A stretch of DNA of 64,000 nucleotides from Nemertoderma westbladi (Eukaryota > Animalia > Xenacoelomorpha). The DNA lies in NCBI GenBank assembly GCA_032718475.1, contig JAUCBJ010001165.1:1-64000 (forward strand), in the 5' to 3' direction. The notes under the pieces are model-generated. The model was not told the origin of the DNA and did no database searches. It saw nothing but the letters and a program-made list of their open reading frames with translations. Shown piece after piece: positions 26,971 through 38,600 of this stretch (position 1 is the first letter of the stretch; each line of letters begins with the position of its first letter). The translations under genes were made by a program, and so were the position numbers.

Positions 26971-28125
26971 AAATATTACGCTACGCGTACAAACTACTCA
27001 AACAAAATGCAGACCAAATGCTGACAGACTACTATCAAGCCTAAACAAACTACGGTATATGCAGACTCCGAAATGGTTAGTTAGTATGCGTTCTAACTGA
27101 GTAGTACGACTTATTCTTTCGAGGGGGTTTACCTCACAGCACTGGAAGCCCCTACGTTCCTAACTGGCACTTTATCGGACATACACTCTATACACAACGT
27201 AATCTCCTTCGACCTAACAACAGTCAGACAACAATCCAGCCTACAAATTATCTAAATAAGAAATATTACGCTACCTGTGCAGACTATACAAACAAAGTAC
27301 AGACCAAACGCTGGCAGACTACTATCAAGCCTAAATAAACTACAGTATATGCAGACTCCAAAATGGTTAGTTAGTATGCGTTCTAACCGAGTAGTACAAC
27401 TTATTCTTTTGAGGGGGTTTACCTCACAGCACTGGAAGCCCCTACGTTCCTAACTGGCACTTTATCGGACATACACTCTATACACAACGTAATCTCCTTC
27501 GACCTAACAACAGTCAGACAACAATCCAGCCTACAAATTATCTAAATAAGAAATATTACGCTACCTGTACAGACTATACAAACAAAGTACAGACCAAACG
27601 CTGGCAGACTACTATCAAGCCTAAATAAACTACAGTATATGCAGACTCCAAAATGGTTAGTTAGTATGCGTTCTAACCGAGTAGTACAACTTATTCTTTT
27701 GAGGGGGTTTACCTCACAGCACTGGAAGCCCCTACGTTCCTAACTGGCACTTTATCGGACATACACTCTATACACAACGTAATCTCCTTCGACCTAACAA
27801 CAGTCAGACAACAATCCAGCCTACAAATTATCTAAATAAGAAATATTACGCTACCTTTACAGACTATACAAACAAAGTACAGACCAAACGCTGGCAGACT
27901 ACTATCAAGCCTAAATAAACTACAGTATATGCAGACTCCAAAATGGTTAGTTAGTATGCGTTCTAACCGAGTAGTACAACTTATTCTTTTGAGGGGGTTT
28001 ACCTCACAGCACTGGAAGCCCCTACTTTCCTAACTAGTACTTTTTTGGACATACGCTCTACACACACTACAATCTCTTCAGACTTAACAACAGTCAGACA
28101 ACAGTCCAGCCTACAAATTTTCTGT
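26971..28125. repeat. 290-bp tandem repeat (~4 copies) in the copy A 5' leader
   Basis: AAATATTACGCTAC at 26971, 27261, 27551 and 27841. Confidence 0.93.
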
Positions 28126-28393
28126 ACAATCTGAGCAGGCTTACATGCCTTCTGCACAATATTGGCCTACAAATAAATAAAACCTGACAGAAATTAGTAA
28201 AATCTCAATGAAAAACCAGGGCTGCAGTCCCTGACTTAATATCAAGACCTACCGGTATATAATTATCAAAATCGAATAATACTGCTGTACCTCTACTGCT
28301 GTAAGTACCGGTCCGGATGGTTAGGTAGTCAGGCCTACTGGGTACCGGTTGCCGGTACTTCAGCTTTATTGCATACACTGCAATCTAGAAAAT

Positions 28394-28404
28394 AAAACTG
28401 TTAT
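28394..28404 (-). promoter_or_regulatory. Copy A primer-binding-site position, ATAACAGTTTT (not tRNA-like; complementary to LTR 11-mer at 29169-29179)
   Basis: Directly abuts the LTR end, has no TGG, and has an exact 11-nt complement inside the LTR. Confidence 0.65.
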
Positions 28405-29239
28405 TGTTCTCGCTTTTAAGACCTTTGGCAGTTTAACCCGCCAAATCTATATGTCTTCTAGGTTATAAATCGACTTTAGCCTATGACAAGTATTTGATAC
28501 AAATAAATCCAACATTAGCCGAAGCCAGTCTATGCGCGACCATTCACCCGCTGGATATACCTGGGAGACTGGATTCGGATGCTTTAATTTGATTGCGGTG
28601 CAGGCCTACCGTACTATTCGATTGATCGTTAATATATAATCTCTGACAAATATTATTCACTTTCGGGAAATATTAGCAGTTCCTTTAGGACGTGGCGCTC
28701 TATCCATATAAACAGAGCTATGACTTACACTATACACAACGGGATGGCTTATAGATCACAAAAGGTGCATTCTTTAGGAAATGCTTTGTTACTCGGTCAA
28801 GCACATTCAGACTATTGCACACCACTGCACACTGAATTGCCGATATTCACTGATTTTAATCATGTAGAAAGAGAATAGCAACCGACATTTGTAGGGCGTA
28901 TTAAGTAGCATTGAATTCACTACAAACCACGATAATGTATGTCGCAATTGCTATATGTAACCGGTCTCTCTAACCTTAGTGTATCAAGAAGATTGGGGTT
29001 TCTGATCGTTTATCAATATTCTCCAAATAACAATATGCAAACGAATGATACAATTAATAACAAACGGTAAATAGCAGTAAATAATGCGGTGAAAAGCAGT
29101 TTGAGTTTACAGCACGTAGTATGCGGTACCGTGCCAGACCAGGTAGGTAGTGTGCCAAGTTAACCAAGATAACAGTTTTGTGATCTTATAATTAAAGACG
29201 TTCTAATATTGGAATAATTCAGAAACATTCCACAGCCGG
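28405..29239 (-). repeat. Copy A 5' LTR, first part (continues at 48173-48540)
   Basis: Matches 16233-17052; interrupted by copy B at GCCGG. Confidence 0.95.
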
Positions 29240-30562
29240 TGTAAAAGCTTCTGTGGGATAGAACTGGCACTTAGCTCCGCAATCCAGTTATCTCCCCGTG
29301 CGCTCAAATACTCTAAAACCCTGCTGTGGAGTGTTTACGGATATAATCCGTTCCCTGGCTCACAAAGTACCGTATATGTAAAAGCTTTGTGGGATGACTG
29401 GCTCGTTTGCCTTGCTAAACAGTTCCCCCCCCCATCGCTGTGATACTCTCAAAGGGATCTGGCTTGAATGGCAAGCTGCCTGTTGGTTGGCTAGATTGCT
29501 CCTCCCTGGATGGAAGCTCTCAATAAGCCTGCCTGACATATCTGCCAATAAGATTGGAGCTAGTTCTGATTTTGTCCAATACCAAGCTACTGAACTGAAA
29601 ATCCGCTCTGTATGCTCCTAGGTTTCGCTTTTGATTAAAGTTCTTAGTTTTTCATCATTCAGTCACGAGTTTTAGACTTCTAAGCGAGGAGTGTTATAAG
29701 ATCGGTTCTGAGATGACGAAATGTTTTCTGCCTTTTGTACGAACATTGGTAGGCTAAATTATAGAAAGCATAACTGTTATCTTACTTAAATTAACAACTT
29801 ACCATATTTCTCGTTCAATCACTTAATAACTCGACTCAATGCAACAATTATATCTTAACCTACCGTCATACTGCTTTTACTGTTTGTAATTTTGTATCAG
29901 TATAATTGGATGTTATTATTTGAAGAATATCAATAATCAACCCACATTTTCCCAATCTCCTTGATACACTACAGGTTAGAGAGAAGGGTTATGTACAACA
30001 ATTGCGACTTTATTATTGTGTTTGTAGTGAATCTAATGTTGTTTGACAGACACTACCTGAGTCCAGTGCATATCTCTTTATACCTGATCAAAGTCAGTAA
30101 ATGTCGGCATACCAGTGAGCAGTATTGTGCGTTACCGGTAGCGTGAGTGATTGTAACGTGATTGGATCTGATAACAAAGCATTCCTAAAGAATGCGCCTT
30201 ATGCTTGAAATATAAGCCCTATCGTTGTGTTTAATATAAGTCATAACTCTGTTTACATAGGTAGAGCGCCACGTCCTAAAAGGAACTGCTAATATTTCCC
30301 GAAAGTGAATAATATTTGTCAGAGATTATATATTAGTGATAAATCGAATAATACAGTAGGCTTGCCCGCAAATAAATTTAAGCCCACGAATCCAGTCTCC
30401 CGGTGTTATATAACGGGTCATTTGGACGCGCATGGACTGGCTTCGGCTAATGTTCTGACTTGTTTTTATATTAAATCTTGTCATCGTATAAAAGGCTATT
30501 TATCAATAAAGACATATAAATTTCGGCAGGTTAAACTGCGGAAGGTCTACAAAGCGCGTACA
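29240..30562 (+). repeat. Copy B 5' LTR (1323 bp)
   Basis: Direct repeat of 46844-48167. Confidence 0.97.
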
Positions 30563-30573
30563 ATAACAGTTAT
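30563..30573 (+). promoter_or_regulatory. Copy B primer-binding-site position, ATAACAGTTAT (complementary to LTR 11-mer ATAACTGTTAT at 29770-29780)
   Basis: Directly abuts the LTR end, has no TGG, and has an exact 11-nt complement inside the LTR. Confidence 0.65.
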
Positions 30574-32618
30574 AAATCTTAATTTGCGGCAAGCAATAAG
30601 GTTAGAAAGTACCGGTCGACCGGTAAAGTAGAACCGGTACTCCAGTAGGTCCGTAGGTCCAACTGCCAGAACCGGTACTCTTGTAGGTCAGTAGGCCCTA
30701 CTGCCTGAACCGGTACTGCTGTACAAGTACCTTAGTATTATTTCGATTGTGATATTATACATTGGTAGGCTGTTTAAGAAATTAGGGACTGTACGTACAC
30801 CCCTTGTTTCTTTTGGAGCTTATTTATTTCTGTCAGTTCTTATTTACGTGTAAGTTAGTATTGAGTAGAAGACGTGTAAGTCTGCTCAGATTGTTCAGAT
30901 CATTGTAGGCTGGACTGTTGTCTGACTGTTGTTAGGCTTGAAGATTACAGCGTGTGTAGAGAGTCTGATAAAGGCCAGTTAGTAAGTTGAGGCAACTCAT
31001 AGTTGTAAGGTCAACCCTCTTTAAAGAATAAGTCGCGCTACCGTATTAGCACGCATACTCACTAACAAGTTTCAGAATCTGCATATACTGTGGTTATTTA
31101 GGCTTGATAGTAGTCCGTCAGCGTTTATACTGTACTGTCTGTATAATCTGTTCAGGTACCGTAATAGTATTATTTAGATATTTTGTAGGCTGGATTGTTG
31201 CCTAGCTGTTGTTGGTCTGAAGAATTGCCGCGTGTGTAGAGTGTGTCTGATAGGTGCCAGTTAGTAAGTTGGGGCAACTCGTAGTTGTAAGGTCAACCCC
31301 CTCTAAAGAATAAGCCGCGCTACCGTGTTAGCACGCATACTCACTAACGAGTTTCAGAATCTGCACATCCTGTAGTTTATTTAGGCTTAATGGTAGTTTG
31401 TCAACATTTGGTTTGTATTTTATTTGAGTATTCTGTACGGATAGCGTAATATTTATTACTCAGAGTTTATGCGATTACTCGCAACATTCATGTCCCCAAG
31501 TTTATTCCTACAGTAATTGTGTTTGTTATACATACCGTTATAGTTAAATTAACCCCAGTACTACACGGGCTGCTTGGCGTAGGTAAAGACTGGTGACTTA
31601 GTGCCCCGGTCACTCCAGCAGATGCTGTGGTTCTTTTAACTGTTCAAGTATATTTAACTACTGGTTATCTGTTTGACAAGTACTTGTACCTAATTTAGGG
31701 TTTAGTGTACAGTGCTTTCCGAGAGTAATTAGTGTAGGCATTATTGTGTTGTAAAGTAGTTAATAGGCACGCTCGTTCTGGTAGACGGCGGTAATTAACT
31801 TCTAGGTAGGAACACTCCGTAGATACATAACGTTGTACCTATAGCGATACGGCTGTAGGTCGTCAGGCGGTGGTATTTTCCTATCTAGACAACGCAGTAT
31901 TTACTTCTGCTTATTATTCTCAAATACCGTAGTATCCTGTCCGTTGCAATAACCAGAAGATCTAACCCTTTGTTGGACTGGTTATTAGTTCCCTGTAAAA
32001 TTGCCCTAAAAATTTCAGTGCGTAACGTTTTGTCTGTTTATTAGAGATTGTAATCTCACCAATAGTAAGTAACTAGTAGATAAGTAACGTAGGCCAGTAG
32101 AATTATTCTGTATAGTGTCTCATAGGTAGCACTTCACTGAAAGCGCACAGCTTCTGTGTAGTGGTATTTTACTGGAAATAGTAACACCTATTTCAATCTT
32201 GTAACAAATCCCTTATCAGGGTATATATATATTATAAATCAACTCCAAAGATTTATAAATCAGTAGGCCTGTCATAAAACAAGTAAGTCTCAATATCAGT
32301 TGGACTACTGCTTACATAACGGTAACAGAGTAACTCAAGTAACTAAGTAACTTATAATTTCAGAAATTCAATTATCCTAAATAATTGATGTACCGGTATC
32401 TCTAATAGGCTTATTATACAATTGTATATATTTGCACTGAAATTATATACTGGTATTCTGTGAAAAACCTAGTCTGTTATACTTATATATACTATAAGTG
32501 TATACCGGTATTTTAATATTGCAATTAATTACCGGTACTAGGCCAACAGTCTTACTGAATTACTGGACTTGCTTTAACTGTGACTATAGCAGTAGGCATT
32601 CAACTGTGCAACTGAGAT

Positions 32619-35600
32619 ATGTCTGACACACAACAGAATCTGTCGGACAGTCCACCAGACATTACACAGAACCTGTCGGACAGTCCACCAGACACTACCA
32701 TCTGTGACTCAGATAGGAGTGATAAGACTGATAGGACTCAGACAGAGCCCAGTTCACCTCCTACTGAAAGGAAAGTCACCCCTCTAGTAGTAGAATCAGA
32801 TCCCAAGCCAACACACCATAGGTCTATTATAGGCACTCGGGCCCAGGTAAAACGGAACCGAGAAGAAGCTGGCCCATCACAGCAACCTCCTGGCCAAGAA
32901 CCTAGTTCCCAGCAACCCGATAGCTCCAGTAATTCTGATACTGTAGAGCTGAACCCCGAACGCGGAGTGGAGACAGTGGATCCATCTTACCTTGATCCCT
33001 TTCTCACTCTCCCGACCGCGAAGATGGCTGCGGTCTTGATTGCGGTGGAGGAACACCAAGGAGATTGGGCGAGAAATAAGAAATCGACCCAAGAGAGTTA
33101 TTGGGGATACGCAAGGGAAGAATTGATGTCTGTCGTCGAGTCAAACTGGAATAATCCTGGAATAGGATTACCGCTCGATTTGTCAGAAGCGACTTGGGAA
33201 GATATACACAAGATGGGTGTGGCTAAAGATACTATGGATCCAGCTGTTTGGAAGAGGTCCGCAGCAGGATATGTGCAGGGATTCTTCAGCTCCTTACAGA
33301 GGCAGGAAGAACAGCTGTTTCGACAAACCCTAGGACCTCAAGAGCAGGAAGAGCTGCTTTATCAAGTACGTGCAAGTACATTACGCATTAGGCTGATCCT
33401 ATCGGCCTTTGAGGAAACATCTAAAAGAAGGCAAGACACGTCGCTGCAAGTGGCGGTCAAGACTTGGTTCCAGCGGATAGAGCCCAAGGTTAAAGAAACA
33501 GCCCAGTGGAAATCCCGACTGGCTGAGCGACCAACCGATGAGGAATCAACTGGTGCCATCCTTTCTCAAGTGGAAAGTGAAGAGGCGGCAGAGGGACCGC
33601 GAAAGAGAGACGCAATCGATACCTATTTGTCAGATTATCAGCGATTCATAGGAGACGAGGAGCTGAGAAGACGGCTGGCTGGATTTTCACCTAATAGTGA
33701 AGGAGCTAAGCGTGTGTTGGACTCAATTGATGCTGAGATGTTAGCTGCACATCAAGCTAAATTTGATGAAGAAAGACGCATCGCTAGAGCCCAGGAAGCA
33801 CAAGTCCAGAAAAAACGAATAGAAGATCGAAAAGCAGCTGCAGTGGCAGCAGCAGAGGCAGAGGCAGAAAGAAAAGCAGCAGAGGCAGAAAGAAAAGCAG
33901 CAGAGGCAGAAAGAAAGGCAGCAGCAGCAGAGGCAGAGGCAGAAAGAAAGGCAGCAGCAGCAGAGGCAGAGGCAGAAAGAAAGACAGCAGCGGCAGAAGC
34001 AGAAAAGAGAGCGTCTGAAGAGATCGCCCAACTAGAGTTGGAAACTCTGCAAGAGACCCAAGACGACATTAGTAAGCGTTTTACAGAAGGTCGAATGCAG
34101 ATAAAAGGTCGATCTAATTCCAAACGCCTAGGGTATACATCCTCGGAGGAAGGAGATACCACCGACCCTGAAGGTGGAGGAAATAGATCTCGTCTCAGTA
34201 GGCGTAAAAGAATGTCTCCCCGTCAGAGATTGCCTGATTTGCCTCCAGCTGTTAGAAGACAAATATCTAGCACTGCAGTAGGTAGTACAGAACCCACAGA
34301 CCGAACTATTACCATCACCAGACTCCCTACTATAGTAGATGAGCCGGAAATAATTAAGCCTGTTCTAGAAAACACCCCTTCGGTGAGAGAGACCCCTGTA
34401 CTCCCCAAACCTACTACAAAATTCCCTTTACACAGTACTATTAAATTGACTGCACCTGGTGGAGCAGCCCAAGTCCCAGTTCTGGAGACCGAGAGAGACA
34501 TACAAGATTTGTCTCCCGTCGTCCCGATGCGGCCCGCTACAACGTTGGCGACTCCCGCTTCGGCGGTCGAGTGGGTTGAGAAGGGACGGCGGGAGATGAG
34601 TCTCTTGCTCGGTCAAATGAGAGAACAGCGGGACTGTTCCTCCCAACAGATCCGGGACTTAGAAGGGACTGTCTACCAACTCAAGGGAACAGTAAGGGAT
34701 AGTAGGATAGAGCTGCAAGAAGTGCAGCAAAATATCGCGCTCGAGCGCGACAAATTAGTCAATATACAAAGGGGAATACCAACACCCCCTGTAACCCTGT
34801 GTCAACCTGCTAGGTCTGAAGTGTATCATGCGCGAGGTGTGTCGCCTACACGCATATATACTGCTAGCAAAGTAGAAACACCCCCCGTAACCCTGAGTCA
34901 GCCTGTTAGGTCTGAAGTATATCATGCGCAAGGTGTGTCGCCTATACGCATATATACTGCTAGCGAAGTAGAAACTCCTATAGTAAACCCTATTAAGGGA
35001 GATTACAAACCTGTGAGTGATGATATTCCCTATAGACCTGATAATAATCCGAAAAATTTATATACCGATAATTCGATATTAAATAACACGATGGCCCAAG
35101 AAAGCTTTACGCGTCAGATGGCTAGAACAGAAGCCCGCCAAGCGGTCAAAGTGGGAGAAATTGTCAAATTCAACGGAGATGAGATGAAATGGTTACCTTT
35201 TAAAGAATATTATGAAGATAGCATACAGAACTCTGTACTATCTAGCGGAGAGAAACTGAGATTCCTCATCAAATGTTTGGAAGGACCTCCCAAGTTAATG
35301 GCGTTGAAGTTTATTGGACATCCAAATGGATTAAGACAAGTCTGGGATACATTAAACACCAGGTATGGTAATAAAGATAATATCGCTAAGTATTTGTATG
35401 CAAAACTGGTAGCTCCCCGAAAGTTCCTTAGTAACGAGATTATAGAGTTTTCCGATGAGATTCAAGAAATCTGCAGGCAATTGGATTGGTTAGGTAAGTC
35501 CCATGAATATCAGAGCTCCATGGTTATCGGAGCCATAGTCTCTACTTTGCCAAAGGGTGGAGTATGTACACGTTGGGACAAGAAGGTGTTGCATATGATG

Positions 35601-38600
35601 GAACAACAACGAAGGAGTCCTATCATGGCGGATCTCATGTCATTCCTAGACTGCGAGGTCAAACTACAGCTAATCAAGCAATCCCGAGAAAAAACATCGG
35701 AAACCAAGGTAAGTGAGAAACCCGTTTCTAGGAGGAGAGTAACCCCAGTATGTTATACTGACGAAGGCGAGAGCCAAGTTTCTCAAGAAGAAGACAGCGG
35801 AAAGGACACAGACCACTCTTATTATTTTAACAAAAACTCGAGTGACGTAAGTAAATACCAACCTCGAACCAATGATAGGAGAGATAAGTTTACCAAGACC
35901 CCTCCTCAGTCTCCCAAAAGAATTCAGGTAAGAAAGCCCGAAGAAAGAACCAAAGTGCATAACATTACCCAAGGTAAAGTGAGCAACATCAAGTTAAACT
36001 GTGCACTGTGCGACGGGCTCCACCGCTTGGGTGCGTGTGCTGAATTCCTAAAGAAACCCCTAGCAGACAGGAGAGAAGTCGTGTGGAATAAGCGGTTATG
36101 TTATAATTGCCTCAGACCAGGACACCAACGGCAGACCTGTTACTCCGATATAAGGTGTGCAAAGTGCGGTGCGAAACATCACAGCTTGCTACATAGTGAA
36201 CTCGACCGAAACCACCCGAGTCAGGTAAGTGAGCCCGAACTGCACGTCCAATTCAGTGATGTGAACGACACCGACCAAGGTTCTGAGTGGGAGGGATTCT
36301 ACACAGACGAATTCTCTGATGCCAACGAATCCTGTTATCTAATAAACACCGCAGTGTATCGAGCACTTACGTACGAAAAGGACAACGATACGGAGTTTCC
36401 ATCAACCCCCTTGGATAAGCAACCATCTTGGAAAGTTCCAACATCCAACATAGGAATACGAGAATTTCCGGTAGTCCAGGTAAGAGTTCACGGTCCCAAC
36501 AAAAGTTACATAGTGAACGCCCTCCTTGACTCAGGTAGCACCGGAACATTCATCGACAAGGAATTGGCCGAGGATATTTTTGCTGGACAACCCAAATTCC
36601 GAACTAAGTTAAATATGTCCGGAATTATGCAGGTTTGGAAATCTACCTTAACGGCAGATTACTATATCGGCTCATTGTCCACTCCACAGGATAGATTAGG
36701 GGAACAAAGTATAAGGTCAGTAAAAATGGTGGCAATAAAGAACTTCGCTACTACTCAAGTAGAACCTTATGACTGGGACGAGGACGAGAACATCCAACAT
36801 CTAGGAATACCTCGATTCCAAACTGATTATCCTGGAGTACAAATCCTCATAGGCCAAAACGCGCACGAGGCGCTCGAGACGTTAGAGAAACGGCCTGCTC
36901 AACCGCAGCCATTACAACCTTATGCGGTGAGAACTCGAGTAGGTTGGTACTTCACTGGCCCTTCCCGTAGAACCCTTGAAGAAAGACTGCCACAAGACCG
37001 GACACTTCAAGTGAATGATTGGGAAGAGGAGAGCAGTGAGGTTGACGAACTCACTGAGGGAATACAATACTCCTCAGACAACGACAACACCTACCAACTC
37101 TTCGAGGAAGAGCACACGATCGATTTATTAACCGAGAATAACACATGGAGTGACCAGCAAACTTTGTGTCAACTAATTTATCCATCAGGATCTATGGACT
37201 ACAATGACGAACTCAATGAAGAGATAGAGCGTCACAACGCTAGAACCCGAGACGAACTTGCCGTACGATTCTTTACCCAAGAGCTAGTAGAACCAAATTC
37301 GTACGATAAGGCTCTATCAATAGAAGAGGAAAGAGCCAAGCAAATTCAGGAAACAACTACGCGTTTTCTAAAAGATCAGGGTAGGTATGAAATCGGCCTA
37401 CCATTTCGAAAACGAGAACCTAGATTTATAAACAACAGACCCTTGGCCGAGAAAAGACTCTCTCAATTGCATCGACGCCTTACGGCAAACGCTTCAGCTA
37501 AAGAAATGTACCAAACGCAGCTGAAGAAATTTATTAGCAAGGGTTATGCGGAGCGAGTACCGGAAGAAACACCCATAACAGAGAGAACATACTACCTAAC
37601 ACATCATTATGTTCCCAAACCCGGTAAACCACATGAAGTACGCGTGGTATTTGATGGCTCCGCCCTATATAAGGGTCAATCTCTGAATTCCGAGTTGCTA
37701 CCAGGACCCAACTTACTACAATCACTGTTGGGAATACTTCTGAGATTAAGACAATATTCTATAGCGTTCGCCTCCGATATCGAAGGAATGTTCTTACAGG
37801 TTAAGGCGTTAGATAAAGATAGAGACAGTTTAAGGTTTCTATGGTGGCCTGAAGGAGACCTCCAACGGACACCAGAGGAGTACTGGATGACCATCCAAGC
37901 TTTTGGGATCATATCCAGTCCTTCCAACGCCTGCTCCGTAGTACGAACTACTGCGGATGACAACCGAGACGCCTTCTCCAAAGAGGTGATTGACAACATC
38001 AAGAAGAACATCTACATGGACGACAATTTAAAGTCCCTTCCATCGGTAGAACAAGCCATTGAGGTCGCGAAAGGAACGGTAGAGTGTTTGAAAAGAGGTG
38101 GATTTCGACTGACGAAATTCACTAGCAACTCCCGCGAGTTTCTAGAAGCGATACCGATAGAAGACCGAGGAGCGAAAGACCTCGATCTGATAAAAGACGA
38201 TCTTCCAGAGACCAAGACGCTTGGCTTAAAATGGGACACAGAAAGAGATATCCTGTTTTTTCAACTAAAACAGCGCGAGAATCCAGTTCGGACCAAACGG
38301 ATTTGTCTAAGTATCCTGAGCACTTATTTCGACCCATTAGGATTTATTAGTCCAGTCATATTGATTGCTCGGAGTTTAGTACAGCAAATGTGGCTGGAAA
38401 ACCACTCATGGGACGATCCACTTACGGGAGAGCTACTAAAGAAATGGATGAAATGGGAGGATTCTCTACCTGCCATCGAGAGTTTTATAATTTCCCGTTC
38501 ATATTTTGGTCATGTTCTCCCTACGTATTCCTATCAACTCCATGTGTTTGGAGACGCGAGCGACACGGGAATAGGAATAGTAGCATACCTTCGAGTCGAG

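Noticed and set aside
29961-30631. ORFs inside the LTR (61 and 108 aa; repeated at 47566 and 47910)
   Set aside because: Non-ATG starts, no motifs, and not kept as equivalent open frames in the copy A LTRs.
33741-34162. Cys-rich and Ala/Ser-rich antisense ORFs (also 24243-24481)
   Set aside because: These are shadow frames of the Gag AEAERKA repeat.
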